DNA of 64,000 nt, from NCBI GenBank assembly GCA_001600695.1, contig BCKQ01000003.1, positions 1,766,392 through 1,830,391 of the forward strand. The letters run 5' to 3'. Of the stretch, positions 11,196-22,098 are shown in pieces. The position numbers and the translations under genes were made by a program. Source of the stretch: Ascoidea asiatica JCM 7603 (taxonomy: Eukaryota > Fungi > Ascomycota). The first letter of the stretch is position 1. The number at the start of each line of letters is the position of its first letter. The notes below the pieces were generated by a model, which was not told the DNA's origin, made no database searches, and worked only from the letters and a program-made list of their open reading frames with translations.

Positions 11196-13295
11196 ATGGA
11201 TTTATATCAAATTGGACATTTTTATGTCAATAAGATTATTAATATTGCTACTAACAATAACAATAACAATAGCAATAATAATAATAGTAATCAAAAATCA
11301 AATAACAGACCAGATCCTTCAATAATATCTAATTCTTCTATAAATGTACTTCTTTTAGATGATTTCACTGCTTCTATTATTTCCATGGTTGCAACTCAAA
11401 GTGATTTATTAGAACAAGAAATTTTTTTAATTGAAAAATTAAATAATCCAAATAGAGAAAAATTAAATAATTTAAATTGTATAATATTTATTAAACCAAA
11501 TTCAAATTCAATTAATAATTTAATTTCAGAATTATCAAATCCAAAATATTCCAATTATAAAATTTTTTTTACTAATTTTTTATTAAAATCTCAATTAGAA
11601 AATATTGCTCAACATGATGATTTAGCTTTAGTTAATCAAATTCAAGAAATTTTTTGGGATTATTTAATTATTAATATAAATTTATTTCAATTATCTTTAT
11701 TATCATTACCAAATTTCAAAATTTTTAAAAGTTCTTCATTAATTTCTTTAAATGATTTATGGCTTAATAATAATATTTTAAAACAAGTTTCAAATTCTTT
11801 ACTTTCAATTCTTTTATCAACAAAAATCAAACCAATAATAAAATATGAATCAAATTCAAAACTTGCAACTAAATTAGCTAATGATATTTTTTTTCAAATT
11901 AATTCAACAAATTCTGATTATTATTCTTTATTCAATACTAATAATATTAATAATTCAACTTTAACTGATTATAAACCTTTATTATTAATTTTGGATCGTA
12001 GAAATGATCCAATAACTCCTTTATTATTACCTTGGACTTATCAATCAATGATTATGGAATTAATTGGTATTAAAAATAATATTGTTGATTTATCTTATGT
12101 TGAAAATATTTCTAAAGAATTATCTCAAATTATTTTAAATATAGAATCTGATAATTTCTTTAATGAATCTTTATATCTTAATTTTGCTGATTTAAGTGAA
12201 AAAATTAAAGATTATGTTAATTTATATAAAACAAAATCAAAAAAAAATATGGATTTAAATAAAATTTCTGATAATAGTATGGATTCAATTACAAATATTA
12301 AAAAATTTTTAGAAAATTTTCCTGAATTTAAAAAACTTTCTTCAAATGTTAATAAACATATTACAATAACAAGTGAATTAGATAAAAAAATAAGATCTGG
12401 TAGATTATGGGACGTTTCTGAATTAGAACAAAATTTATCTGTTAATGAAAATGATTATTCAAATCATCTTCAAGATATAAGTGATTTAAAAAATTTATTA
12501 TTAAATTTACCTTTAAATAATTCTAATTCAAATCAACAATCAAATCCAATAAGTAATAATTCAAAACTTAGATTAGCTTCTTTATATTCTTTAAAATATG
12601 AATCTTATCCACAAAATGAAATAAAATCTGTTATAAAAGTTTTAAATGAACAAGGTATACCTCAATCTCGTACAAATATTATTAAAAATTTATTAAATTA
12701 TTCTTCTAATAAAAAAAGAATACTTGAAATTAATATTTCTCCATTTACTTCTCTTAAAGCAAATTCAACAAATTTATTTAAAAATCTATCCTTTAAAAAT
12801 ATTACAAATAATTTAAATAATAATTCTACTCAAAATGAAAATACTAGTGTATTTATGCAACATATACCAAGATTAGAAAAATTAATAACTAGTGCAATTA
12901 GAAATAAATTATCAAATAGAAATTATCCAACTTTAGATCCTTACAATTCTTCTAATAATATTTCTGATTCTATTTTTGGTTCTGAAGGTAGCCGAGGTTC
13001 AGAACCTCAAGAAAAATTTCTTGATATTGTAGTTTTCATTGTTGGTGGTGTTACATATGAAGAAGCAAGAATAATTAACCAAATTAATGAGGCGAATGCT
13101 TTAAAAGGAGTTAAAATTATTTTAGGTAGTCATAAAATTTTAAATACTTCTGAATTCTTGAATGATATAGAAAATATGAATGAAAATGTTGATGTTTTAG
13201 GAGGGAATGATACCGCTATTGGAGAAAATAATTTTACTGATAATAGAAGAATACAATTGGGATTAGGTGCATCAAATTTAGATAGTATATTATAA
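11196..13295 (+). CDS. VPS45: Sec1/Munc18 family protein Vps45
   Basis: First ATG at 11196; 'VLLLDDFTASIISMVATQSDLL', 'LLILDRRNDPITPLLLPWTYQSMI', 'VFMQHIP', 'VFIVGGVTYEEAR'. Confidence 0.93.
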   Translation: MDLYQIGHFYVNKIINIATNNNNNNSNNNNSNQKSNNRPDPSIISNSSINVLLLDDFTASIISMVATQSDLLEQEIFLIEKLNNPNREKLNNLNCIIFIKPNSNSINNLISELSNPKYSNYKIFFTNFLLKSQLENIAQHDDLALVNQIQEIFWDYLIININLFQLSLLSLPNFKIFKSSSLISLNDLWLNNNILKQVSNSLLSILLSTKIKPIIKYESNSKLATKLANDIFFQINSTNSDYYSLFNTNNINNSTLTDYKPLLLILDRRNDPITPLLLPWTYQSMIMELIGIKNNIVDLSYVENISKELSQIILNIESDNFFNESLYLNFADLSEKIKDYVNLYKTKSKKNMDLNKISDNSMDSITNIKKFLENFPEFKKLSSNVNKHITITSELDKKIRSGRLWDVSELEQNLSVNENDYSNHLQDISDLKNLLLNLPLNNSNSNQQSNPISNNSKLRLASLYSLKYESYPQNEIKSVIKVLNEQGIPQSRTNIIKNLLNYSSNKKRILEINISPFTSLKANSTNLFKNLSFKNITNNLNNNSTQNENTSVFMQHIPRLEKLITSAIRNKLSNRNYPTLDPYNSSNNISDSIFGSEGSRGSEPQEKFLDIVVFIVGGVTYEEARIINQINEANALKGVKIILGSHKILNTSEFLNDIENMNENVDVLGGNDTAIGENNFTDNRRIQLGLGASNLDSIL

Positions 13296-13454
13296 TTTTT
13301 TTAATCCATATTATATTATTGATTTGTTCTAAAATGATATCATTTTATATACAGTAAAGGAATACCTTTATTTCAAAAATAGTAAAAATTCCTGAATATA
13401 TAAACTGGATTGGCTTTTGTTTTCAATAAAGAATGATTTTTGAGTTTAACTAAA

Positions 13455-13815
13455 TTATTTTGTACTACTTTCCTTTTTTAAATTTTCTAAAGCTTCATTG
13501 ACCCTTCTAAAATCTGATTTCCCAAAAACAGAAAAAAGATTTTTTTTGATTTCTTGATATTCTTCACCTGTAACTATTATTCGATCGTCATAATCTTCAT
13601 CTGATCCAGGAACAAATTGCATATAGTTATTATTTTTGGCTAATTTTTTTTTTGGGTAAATTATATCCTCTGTTAGAAGAAACGTTTCTGAATTCGGGAC
13701 TTCACTATTTATTTGAGAGGAAGTCCTTTTTCTCAAAATTTCAAATTTAGTAGGTGGAGTTGATCGTCCAATATTATCTTTGAATATATTGCTGGTATTG
13801 ATACAATTATTATTA

Positions 13816-13861
<46 letters not shown>

Positions 13862-16800
13862 TACTATTATATTCTCCATTAAGTTGCTCAGTGACTTTGA
13901 GAATAGTAGACCCTTCGGTTAAATCATTTTTTGGTATGGAAATGGGAAGGAGTTTATGTTCAAGTATTCTCGTTTGGTTATCAGAGCATGGACTGGAGCA
14001 TACTTCTAAAATCCCTCCAGAAATTTTTGGGCTAGACTTATTTTTTAGTTCATTTCTCTCAAAAATCAAATTTTTTATTCCGCTTATTGACTGGATATCA
14101 TTTGTTCTTTGCAGTGATTCTATTTCACTTATATAATCTTTTTGTATAGTACTTATTTGAGTTCCTAATAATTGTATATCTATATGATCCTCATCGAATT
14201 CATCATATTGATGAACCATTTGACTTTGAGTGGGTTTTCTTATCTGGGAATCAAAATCATTATTCATATAGGTAGAGTTAGTTGTCTCAATTTGAGATTT
14301 AAATTTATTTGAATACCCATTTTTGCAATTCTGTACTTTTGGGCTTCGAAAAAAATCAATAGTTATTGGACCTGCATTTGATTCAAAATTTCTTTGGGAT
14401 TGGATCATATTATATGTTTTATAAGCTTGATAAGGAGCAACTGATTCAATTTGTCTTTGCGCAACTAACTGACCTTCGTTAAGTGTTTGACGATTTTGAG
14501 TATTTTGGGTTTGCGTCTGAAAATCACTTTCACCCTCTAGTATATCGAAGTTATTCGTAGTATCTAAATCTAAAATTTCCTGACTAGAGCCAAAACCTAA
14601 AGCCTGAGAAGAAGAATCTTGAGGAATAATGGCACTATAATCGGCTATTCTCAATTGGTTATTGAAAGCTGTGTTATCTTGAAGGTCTGAGGCTACAAAA
14701 CCCCTCTTTTTCTGCTTAAAATTATTCTCTTCTATTTTTCTAAAAAGATTTTGGCTTGCAATGTTTTGCGATTGGCCAAATTCGTAGAAGTCACCAAAAT
14801 TTTCGGAAGCCTCATTTGGGTAAGTAATGAAGTGATAAGGGTTGGCAATTATATTGTTTAGTTTATGAGCATTTTTCAGCATTTTTTCTTTAGAAAGCGT
14901 ACTTTTAGACGAAGTATCACTATTAATAGACCGGCTGGATTCTGAAGAAATCTTATCTTTTAAATTGAATTTTGTTAGTGAAATATTTTTATTGAGAGAA
15001 CTGTCTAAATCTAAATCTAAACCCAAATCACTGTTTATTGAGCTTGAATCCGATTGCTGGAATGAATTATTTTCTGTAATTTTTTGATATTGGGGTTCTT
15101 TGTCATTAGCAGAATAATTTGAATGAGCACACTCCTTCAAATCTCTTCTAATTTGAGTGGAAAAAAAACTCTCTTCTTCATCACTATCCTGTTGTTGCAA
15201 ATTATCGATTTGAAGATCTTCCTCAGAAGAAATTTCAGTGAAATCATTGGCCTTTTTTGAAAATTTTTTGGTTGATTCTTTTTCTTGGTTTAAATTATTA
15301 TCTTTCGATATAATCATACTAATATGTTCTGAGTTGGAATTATCTTTGTAGTTTTTGTCTTTGACTATATTATCTTCTTGATTTGAGGATGTGCTAGGAT
15401 TGATTAAGACAGATTGTTGATTTGAAAAAAAGGAATTATCTGGTAAAATGTCATGTGGATAATTTGATGATTCATAACTGCTTTTTACTTTTTCTTTTGA
15501 TAACTCTATATCGAGAACTGTTTTTTCAGGTGTGCTAGGAATAAAGCTATATTCAAATTGATCTTTTGAAAGTTTTTCATCAAAACAATTTGAAAGTCTC
15601 TGGCTATCAATTGAATTGATTTCATAATCATCTACATAGCTTGGTGAACGTATATTTAAATCAGAGGTAGATTCACTTAAAACATTTGTACTAGCCAAGT
15701 CAATATTTTCAATGATTTCAAAAGCAAAATAATTCTTGAGATTTTCTAAAATTTTCTGATATTTTATATCACTTACTTTTCCCATATCATTGATATGAAA
15801 AGGTTTTAAATACTTCCTTAAGCAAGTTTCATCCTTATAATTTATGAAAAATTTACCACTGCTGTATTTTGGGCGTTTTTGTGATTTAGTATGAAATTTT
15901 TCAATAATTGCGACACTGCTTGGAATATAATTTGGTGATTCTTCATATCTTTCTCCGAATTCATCAAGTATATAATTATCAATAAATGTTTCTGGGCTAG
16001 GTTTCATCAACCAATCATTAAACAAGCATATTCTTCTGTGTATAAATTTTGACCAATCCACATCAAAGGAAATATTTTGAGCTTTGAAAATTTCTGGATC
16101 AAAATTCTCATCATCATTATAATGAAAATAAGGTTCATCAAGACTAGGAATTAATGAACCTTCTTCTTGATCAATATAACTTTCTGATTTGTAACTTCCA
16201 ACTAGAAGTATTATACAGTTTTTGTTTTTTTTAAGATATCGATTTATCAATTCAAAAAGATCAAATATCATTTTCTGTTTAGTATATTTCAACAAGTAAC
16301 TTTCCTTTGAGTATCTAGATTTCATTTCAAAAAAACGAGAATTTAGATTTTTAGATATTTTATTTGAAATAGTGGTGGAGCTAATATTACTGATATTTGT
16401 TTTATCCATCAGTGGTGTGAATGATTGATTGAAATCATCGTTACAATCATTAGAACTGTGGTCATGATCATAATCATTATTATTATTTTCAATGTTATCA
16501 ATATCATCTATATTACCCACCAAAGTAGTATCGGCTTTATTAGAGTCTGCTTTACTTGAAGATATTTGGTTTAATTTTTGATCTAATAATTCTAGCTCTT
16601 CAGATACAGCTAAAGAATAATCATCAAAATATGTGTTTATCATTGTTGTAAAATCATTGATTATTATCAAATCGTATTTAATATTTTCGTCAGAAGATTT
16701 TTTTGAGTGATTATCATATAAAGTTTGAAAAAGTACCATAACCTGTAACAAAGTAACACATTCTTTATAGAAAAATTTCGTTTTCAAATAATCTTTGAAA

Positions 16801-17249
16801 AATTTGTCTATTTCATCGTGTTTCTTAGGAAATATATAATGAAATAGATTGAACAATTGTTTGGTTGGAAAGGGATCACCTTCAGATAAATATAAAAGAT
16901 TAGATGAATTAAACTTGAAATAATTTTTTTCTGATAAATCTTCATCTTTTTTTGATTGTTTTTGAATCATGAAATTCAATAGAACATTTAAAAAGAGGTT
17001 TGACTTATCAGAACCTGAATCACCATATAATTCGTAAATCTTCCCCGGGATTAAACCAAATATTTTGTCATCTCCCAAAACCTGATCTATTTCTTTTGAG
17101 TTAGTGGATATTGATTTATTTGTGTATTTTATTGAAGTTTCATCATTTATCTCTGCCGCTGAAGTATTTGGCTCATTGATTTTTTCTGTATTGCAAGGCG
17201 TATCATTTGAATCTTTTGACCACTGAGCTGTTTGGAATATAGAAAACAT
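13455..17249 (-). CDS. RAD55: Rad51 paralogue Rad55-like protein with very long SQ/TQ-rich C-terminal extension
   Basis: RecA-type N-terminus 'ISTNSKEIDQVL..IYELYGDSGSDKS', 'YDLIIINDF', and 'WSKFIHRRICLFNDW', which matches the recalled S. cerevisiae Rad55 'WEVFLRDRIGLFRDW'. Confidence 0.75.
13807..13870. repeat. (AAT)n microsatellite encoding poly-Asn in RAD55, one example of many (also NAB2 423-467, 1242-1273)
   Basis: Long tta/att triplet runs visible directly. Confidence 0.9.
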
Positions 17250-17766
17250 CTATTTGAATACATTTAAAACAATGAATTGATTAAAAGCTAACATTTCTAT
17301 TTGATATATTTTAACTTGGTTTCTGTAAATAATTGAAATTGATAAGAATTGTTCGGATCAAATTAAAAAATGGTCACTTTGCCATTAAATCAGAAGGTAA
17401 ACAGAAAAACAACGCCAAAACACGTAAAAAGATCGGTTCCGCGTAATAGTTGTCAAACATAATTAATAATCATCGAAAACTGGCCTAATGTAAATTAGAC
17501 TAAAATAACTGGATATTGATTTACATAAACTTTTAGAATGTTTTATTGCCATTTTATTTAACTTTTAAAAAAAAATATAATATAATTGGTGTATTCGGTC
17601 AAAAAGATACAGAATATGTCATTTTGGAAATGAAAAAAACAAAAAAACAAAAAACAAAAAAAAAACGAAGAAAGGAAGAAATTGAGAAACAAAGAAAGAA
17701 ATTAAAGTTAAAATATCAAAGATAAAAGATAAAAGATAAAAGTACGAATATTTGTTTTAATGATAT

Positions 17767-19947
17767 CTATAAAGGAACTAAATCTTCATTTTCCAAATCA
17801 GCATTTAAAATCTCAAATAATTTTTCTTTTTTCAAATTATTTTTTCTTGCAGCTTTTTTAATTCTATTCATTGAAATCACCATCAAAGCTAAAACTTTGA
17901 ATCTTTTTATTGGGGATTTGATTTTTTTAAAACCTGAATCAATTGTAAAGATATTATCCAAGTTTGAATTTAATTTTGAGTTTTCATTAACTAAAATTTT
18001 AAGAACATCATTTTGAAAACCATTTTGATGGAAATTATTATTCATATCATTTATATTCATATTATTGAAATCAATACTATTATCGTAGTTAAAATTATTA
18101 TTATTAGATGGACTATTTAAGTGAGATATTTCAATAGATTTTGGAAATTCAATTGACAGTTTATTACTATTACTTGAGTTAAAAGTATCAGTTATAGATC
18201 TATCATAATGATCAAAAATTGAATCATTCATAGAAAAAGAATTTGATTGATCGTTAAAATTTGATGTATTTAGTAAGGTCCTTTTACTTTTTTGATTTAA
18301 TGATTTTGAATTTGATAAAGATTTATTGATAAGAACCTGGGTAGTGGAATCTGTTTGTTGATTATTTGCTTGATATATATCATTTATGTTATTCTCAGTA
18401 TCAATACTTTTATCGATAAAGCTGTCATCAGTGCTCATTATTTTTTCATTCATACTAGCTAGATAGTTTGTATCATCCAAGTTTAATGAATTACTATTAA
18501 TATTATTATTGATATTATTATTATTTTTATTATTAATTGAATCCAAGAAAGAATATTCATATTCTGTTAAATTTAGATTTTGATTCAATGATTCTTCCTT
18601 CAAATTTTTATTTGACAAGAAAAAGTTATTAATTTTAGATAATTTTATAAGCCAATTAATATAATAAAATTTAATTGAAGATAATAAATAATCATTTATA
18701 AATAATAACGAATTGAACTTCTTAGATAATCTATTGTATTTATATTTGAAATAATTATTTTCTTTGAATAATTTAATTGTGGAGATTTTGAAATTTTTTG
18801 AAATTTTTTTTAAATTTAAGTTTGAGCTATTTAGTTTGATTAATTTTTTATTTAAGTTTTTAATTTCTAGTTGTAATTGAGCATTTTTAAATCTTAAATT
18901 ATTTTGTTCAATTTGATCAATTTTATTAAGATTATTATTACTTTCTTGATTAAATCTTTTTTTTTCTAATAAAAACTTATTTTTTTCAATTAAAAATTTA
19001 TTTTTTTCACTTTCAAAATTTTTTTTATCATTGATTAATTTTTCTTTTTCAGATTTCAAATTAATTTTCTCAAGTTGTAAATCATTTAATAGTATATTCA
19101 AACTATTATTATTATTAATATTACTGTTAGTATTATTGTTACTATTACTTATATTATTGAAAGATTTTTTGAATCTAAAAGTATCATCTTCAATATCAAT
19201 AGGATTTATATTCATATTTGAATTTGATAAATTTGAATACAAAATTTCCGAAGTGTTTTTTTCGGTTTTATGAGCATTGTTGATATTTGATAGATTATTT
19301 GATAAATTATTTGAAATATTTTTCTTTTTTGAAGAATTTATATCAGAAGATAAATTTTTTCTTAGATTTGATAAAAAATATTGATTATTGATATCACTGT
19401 TATTATTATTGTTATCAATATTGTCATTATTTGTATTGTTTTTTTTTATATTGATGCTGTTAATGTTATTGAAATTGTCATTATTGTTTATTGAATTTAT
19501 ATCATTTTTAAAATTTTTTAAAAAAGAATTTCCTGCAAAAGTTGAGTCATTTGGATTATCTTTGAAAGAATTTAACTGATTCTGGAATGAATTATTGATA
19601 TTATTATTAGTTGAAATTTTTTTATTCTTTTTATCTTTTTCAATATCATCAATTATCTCTTTAATTATAGCACTGTCTGTATCATTTTTATTGTTTGAAT
19701 TATATATGTTATTGGTATCACTAATGGTTTTTGTTTTATTTAAAGAAAGATTTTCAAGATCTAAGTTGTTTAATTTATCTTCTAGATTTATATTATCAAA
19801 CCAATGATGTTGAGGTGATATAATTTCATTTTCATTTGTAGCATTTAAAAAAGAAAAGCCATGTGTTGAATTAGTTATAGAATTGTTATTCATTGAAGGA
19901 GTAGTATATGGATTTGATAGTTTCAAAAAATTTGGGGTTGAGATCAT
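17767..19947 (-). CDS. Asn-rich coiled-coil protein with C-terminal PACT/calmodulin-binding-like motif (Spc110/Pcp1-like spindle pole body protein)
   Basis: First ATG at 19947 (track starts at TTG 19959); heptad region 'LQLEKINLKSEKEKL..'; C-terminal 'PIKRFKVLALMVISMNRIKK' resembles the Spc110 calmodulin site 'SFKTVALLVLACVRMKR'. Confidence 0.55.
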   Translation of the reverse strand: MISTPNFLKLSNPYTTPSMNNNSITNSTHGFSFLNATNENEIISPQHHWFDNINLEDKLNNLDLENLSLNKTKTISDTNNIYNSNNKNDTDSAIIKEIIDDIEKDKKNKKISTNNNINNSFQNQLNSFKDNPNDSTFAGNSFLKNFKNDINSINNNDNFNNINSINIKKNNTNNDNIDNNNNNSDINNQYFLSNLRKNLSSDINSSKKKNISNNLSNNLSNINNAHKTEKNTSEILYSNLSNSNMNINPIDIEDDTFRFKKSFNNISNSNNNTNSNINNNNSLNILLNDLQLEKINLKSEKEKLINDKKNFESEKNKFLIEKNKFLLEKKRFNQESNNNLNKIDQIEQNNLRFKNAQLQLEIKNLNKKLIKLNSSNLNLKKISKNFKISTIKLFKENNYFKYKYNRLSKKFNSLLFINDYLLSSIKFYYINWLIKLSKINNFFLSNKNLKEESLNQNLNLTEYEYSFLDSINNKNNNNINNNINSNSLNLDDTNYLASMNEKIMSTDDSFIDKSIDTENNINDIYQANNQQTDSTTQVLINKSLSNSKSLNQKSKRTLLNTSNFNDQSNSFSMNDSIFDHYDRSITDTFNSSNSNKLSIEFPKSIEISHLNSPSNNNNFNYDNSIDFNNMNINDMNNNFHQNGFQNDVLKILVNENSKLNSNLDNIFTIDSGFKKIKSPIKRFKVLALMVISMNRIKKAARKNNLKKEKLFEILNADLENEDLVPL

Positions 19948-20252
19948 TATTGTAACCAAAAGAAAATTAGCTGTATTAATAGAGGAAGATGAAATATCCT
20001 AAAAGAAAATAATTAAAGATAAAAGTTAGCTAATTTTCCTAGTATTTGGAGTGTGCTTATGATTAGTGAAAATGTAAATATGATTTTACTGCTGATATTT
20101 TCAGAACACAAATCAATAAATATTAAATCTTTAACCTTTATTTTTTTAACGTTACGCTTTATTTATTTATTCGGTTTTAAGCTATTTTTGTTTATTTCGT
20201 TCAGTTTGTTTGTTTGTTTGTTTTCGAGGTTGGTACCAGCTACCTGGTTCAA

Positions 20253-20261
20253 AGCGGGTAA
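20253..20261. promoter_or_regulatory. Reb1-type site (CGGGTAA)
   Basis: GCGGGTAAA; related GCGGGTA at ~10848 and TACCCGC at ~57066, all in intergenic regions. Confidence 0.4.
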
Positions 20262-20377
20262 ACGCATTTCACTTTAAAGCCAAAACTAAGGAGCTCCTTA
20301 CTTAATGCCTTTTGCCGCATTAGCACATTTATTTGCAGTGAACCACAAAAACAACTATCTGGGATCCGGAAGTCTAA

Positions 20378-20653
20378 TTATCCGAATATCAGACCTCGCA
20401 GATCTTCATTACACGCCTAGACTCATTCAGAGCCAGAAATATCACGAATGGATAAACTTTTTCGAAAGCGAGTTCTAGGATATCCGGAAGTATCCTGATA
20501 GCAGGAGTGTGTCCGCTGATAAAGGGTCTAATTGATAACTCAAAGAGATAGCATTCTATTTTGAAGACTGATAATGCTTATCGCCACCTACTTACGATAA
20601 GTTTTGTGAATTCAAAAGAAGCTATATTTTACTACCAAGAATGTTCTGATAAC
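20378..20653. promoter_or_regulatory. Dense GATAA cluster, putative nitrogen-catabolite-repression UAS for the OPT gene
   Basis: GATAA/TTATC at 20378, 20451, 20518, 20534, 20570, 20578, 20596, 20648 plus GATAG at 20497 and 20547, in a locally GC-richer island. Confidence 0.55.
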
Positions 20654-22098
20654 TACTAACCTCAAATAAAGCCAAGCCATGGCTCATGGCTCATGGCTCT
20701 ATTTTCTCTCATTAGAAATATTTTTCTGCCTGTCTTGGCGACTCCCATAATTTTTAATAGCAGGTGATCAAAGTATTATCTCTATTTGTTTTATTTGATA
20801 CTAATAAGTTATATCTCGAGAAGCTTTAATCAAGTATCGGTTCCCAAATATAAACCTAATTCATAAACAAACTGGTTACTCTGATACTTTCTTAATACTT
20901 TTGTAAGCTGATTACTATGATCATGAAATTTCTTGTTAGTGTAACAACCTAAAATACTATCCTTCATGTTTAGTGTAATATTATATTCAAAGTAAATCAA
21001 AAGAGAAAAATTATTTTTTTCCTAAATAATTGTTCTCTTTTATGAAATAATACCTGCTAAATAATTCTATTCAGTCCTTAACTAATTTTTCTGAAATATG
21101 TCTTTTTAAGCAGTTTATGAAATTTATTTCTATTCTAAAACAATTATTATCTAATTTCAAGTCAGCTATACCTTTACATCTATAATTTTGGTTCTCAAAA
21201 TCATAAATTCCAAGCTTTTCAAATGAGAGAATAACTAGATATTTTATATGATAGTGAAATAACTACGAAATATTTCTGGCTGCTTAAGATAATGTAATAA
21301 ATCATGTCAAATACAATGTTCAATAATATAAATTAACTAACCCCAGATTCAAATGATTTTCAATTGATTAATTGTTTATATACACTTATATTCACATGTC
21401 TCAAAAGTTCTTTGACTAAGGGCTTTAGATTATATAATTATGGTTTATGCTCAACTAAAGAATATTCAATTATTCAACTAATTTACTACATAATTTTGAA
21501 AGTCCTAACAGGACAGTAATATATCTTTTCTATTCCGGTTACTCAACATCATTACAAATTATATTTTTCTGATGTAACTTCTGGGTCTCAATTTTATTCG
21601 AATATTAATAATTTCCATATATTTATGAATATTCACATACTCTTCAGCTATTATATTTTTGATAAGAATTGGTTCACTTAAAATTATATCTATGGTAATA
21701 TTAATGCAATTTGAGCTCAATATAAATGTATTATCGATTTTTTATCATTTTATGATAATTTTTCATCGATTAGGTCTGATTTCAACTTAAAATTTATCTT
21801 TCTCTCAAATTTTTAACTATCTTTAACCAAACCTAAATATTTCTATGTTCTTATCTATGAGCAGTAGCTCTAGCCAACCATTATTCAACTTATTTTTACA
21901 AATTCATTTTTCTTTTTAAGATCTATCAATGATTTTTAAGAATTAGAAATATTATAAATATGAATTGTCTACCTTCTTTTTTCAATATTCAAATTCATTT
22001 TTTTAAATTATAAATTTGGGCTTTCAAAAATTTTAATTTCTTCAAAAAGATTTTTAATTTTTTGATAATCACCTAAAACTCTTTTTTCTTTTTCCAAA

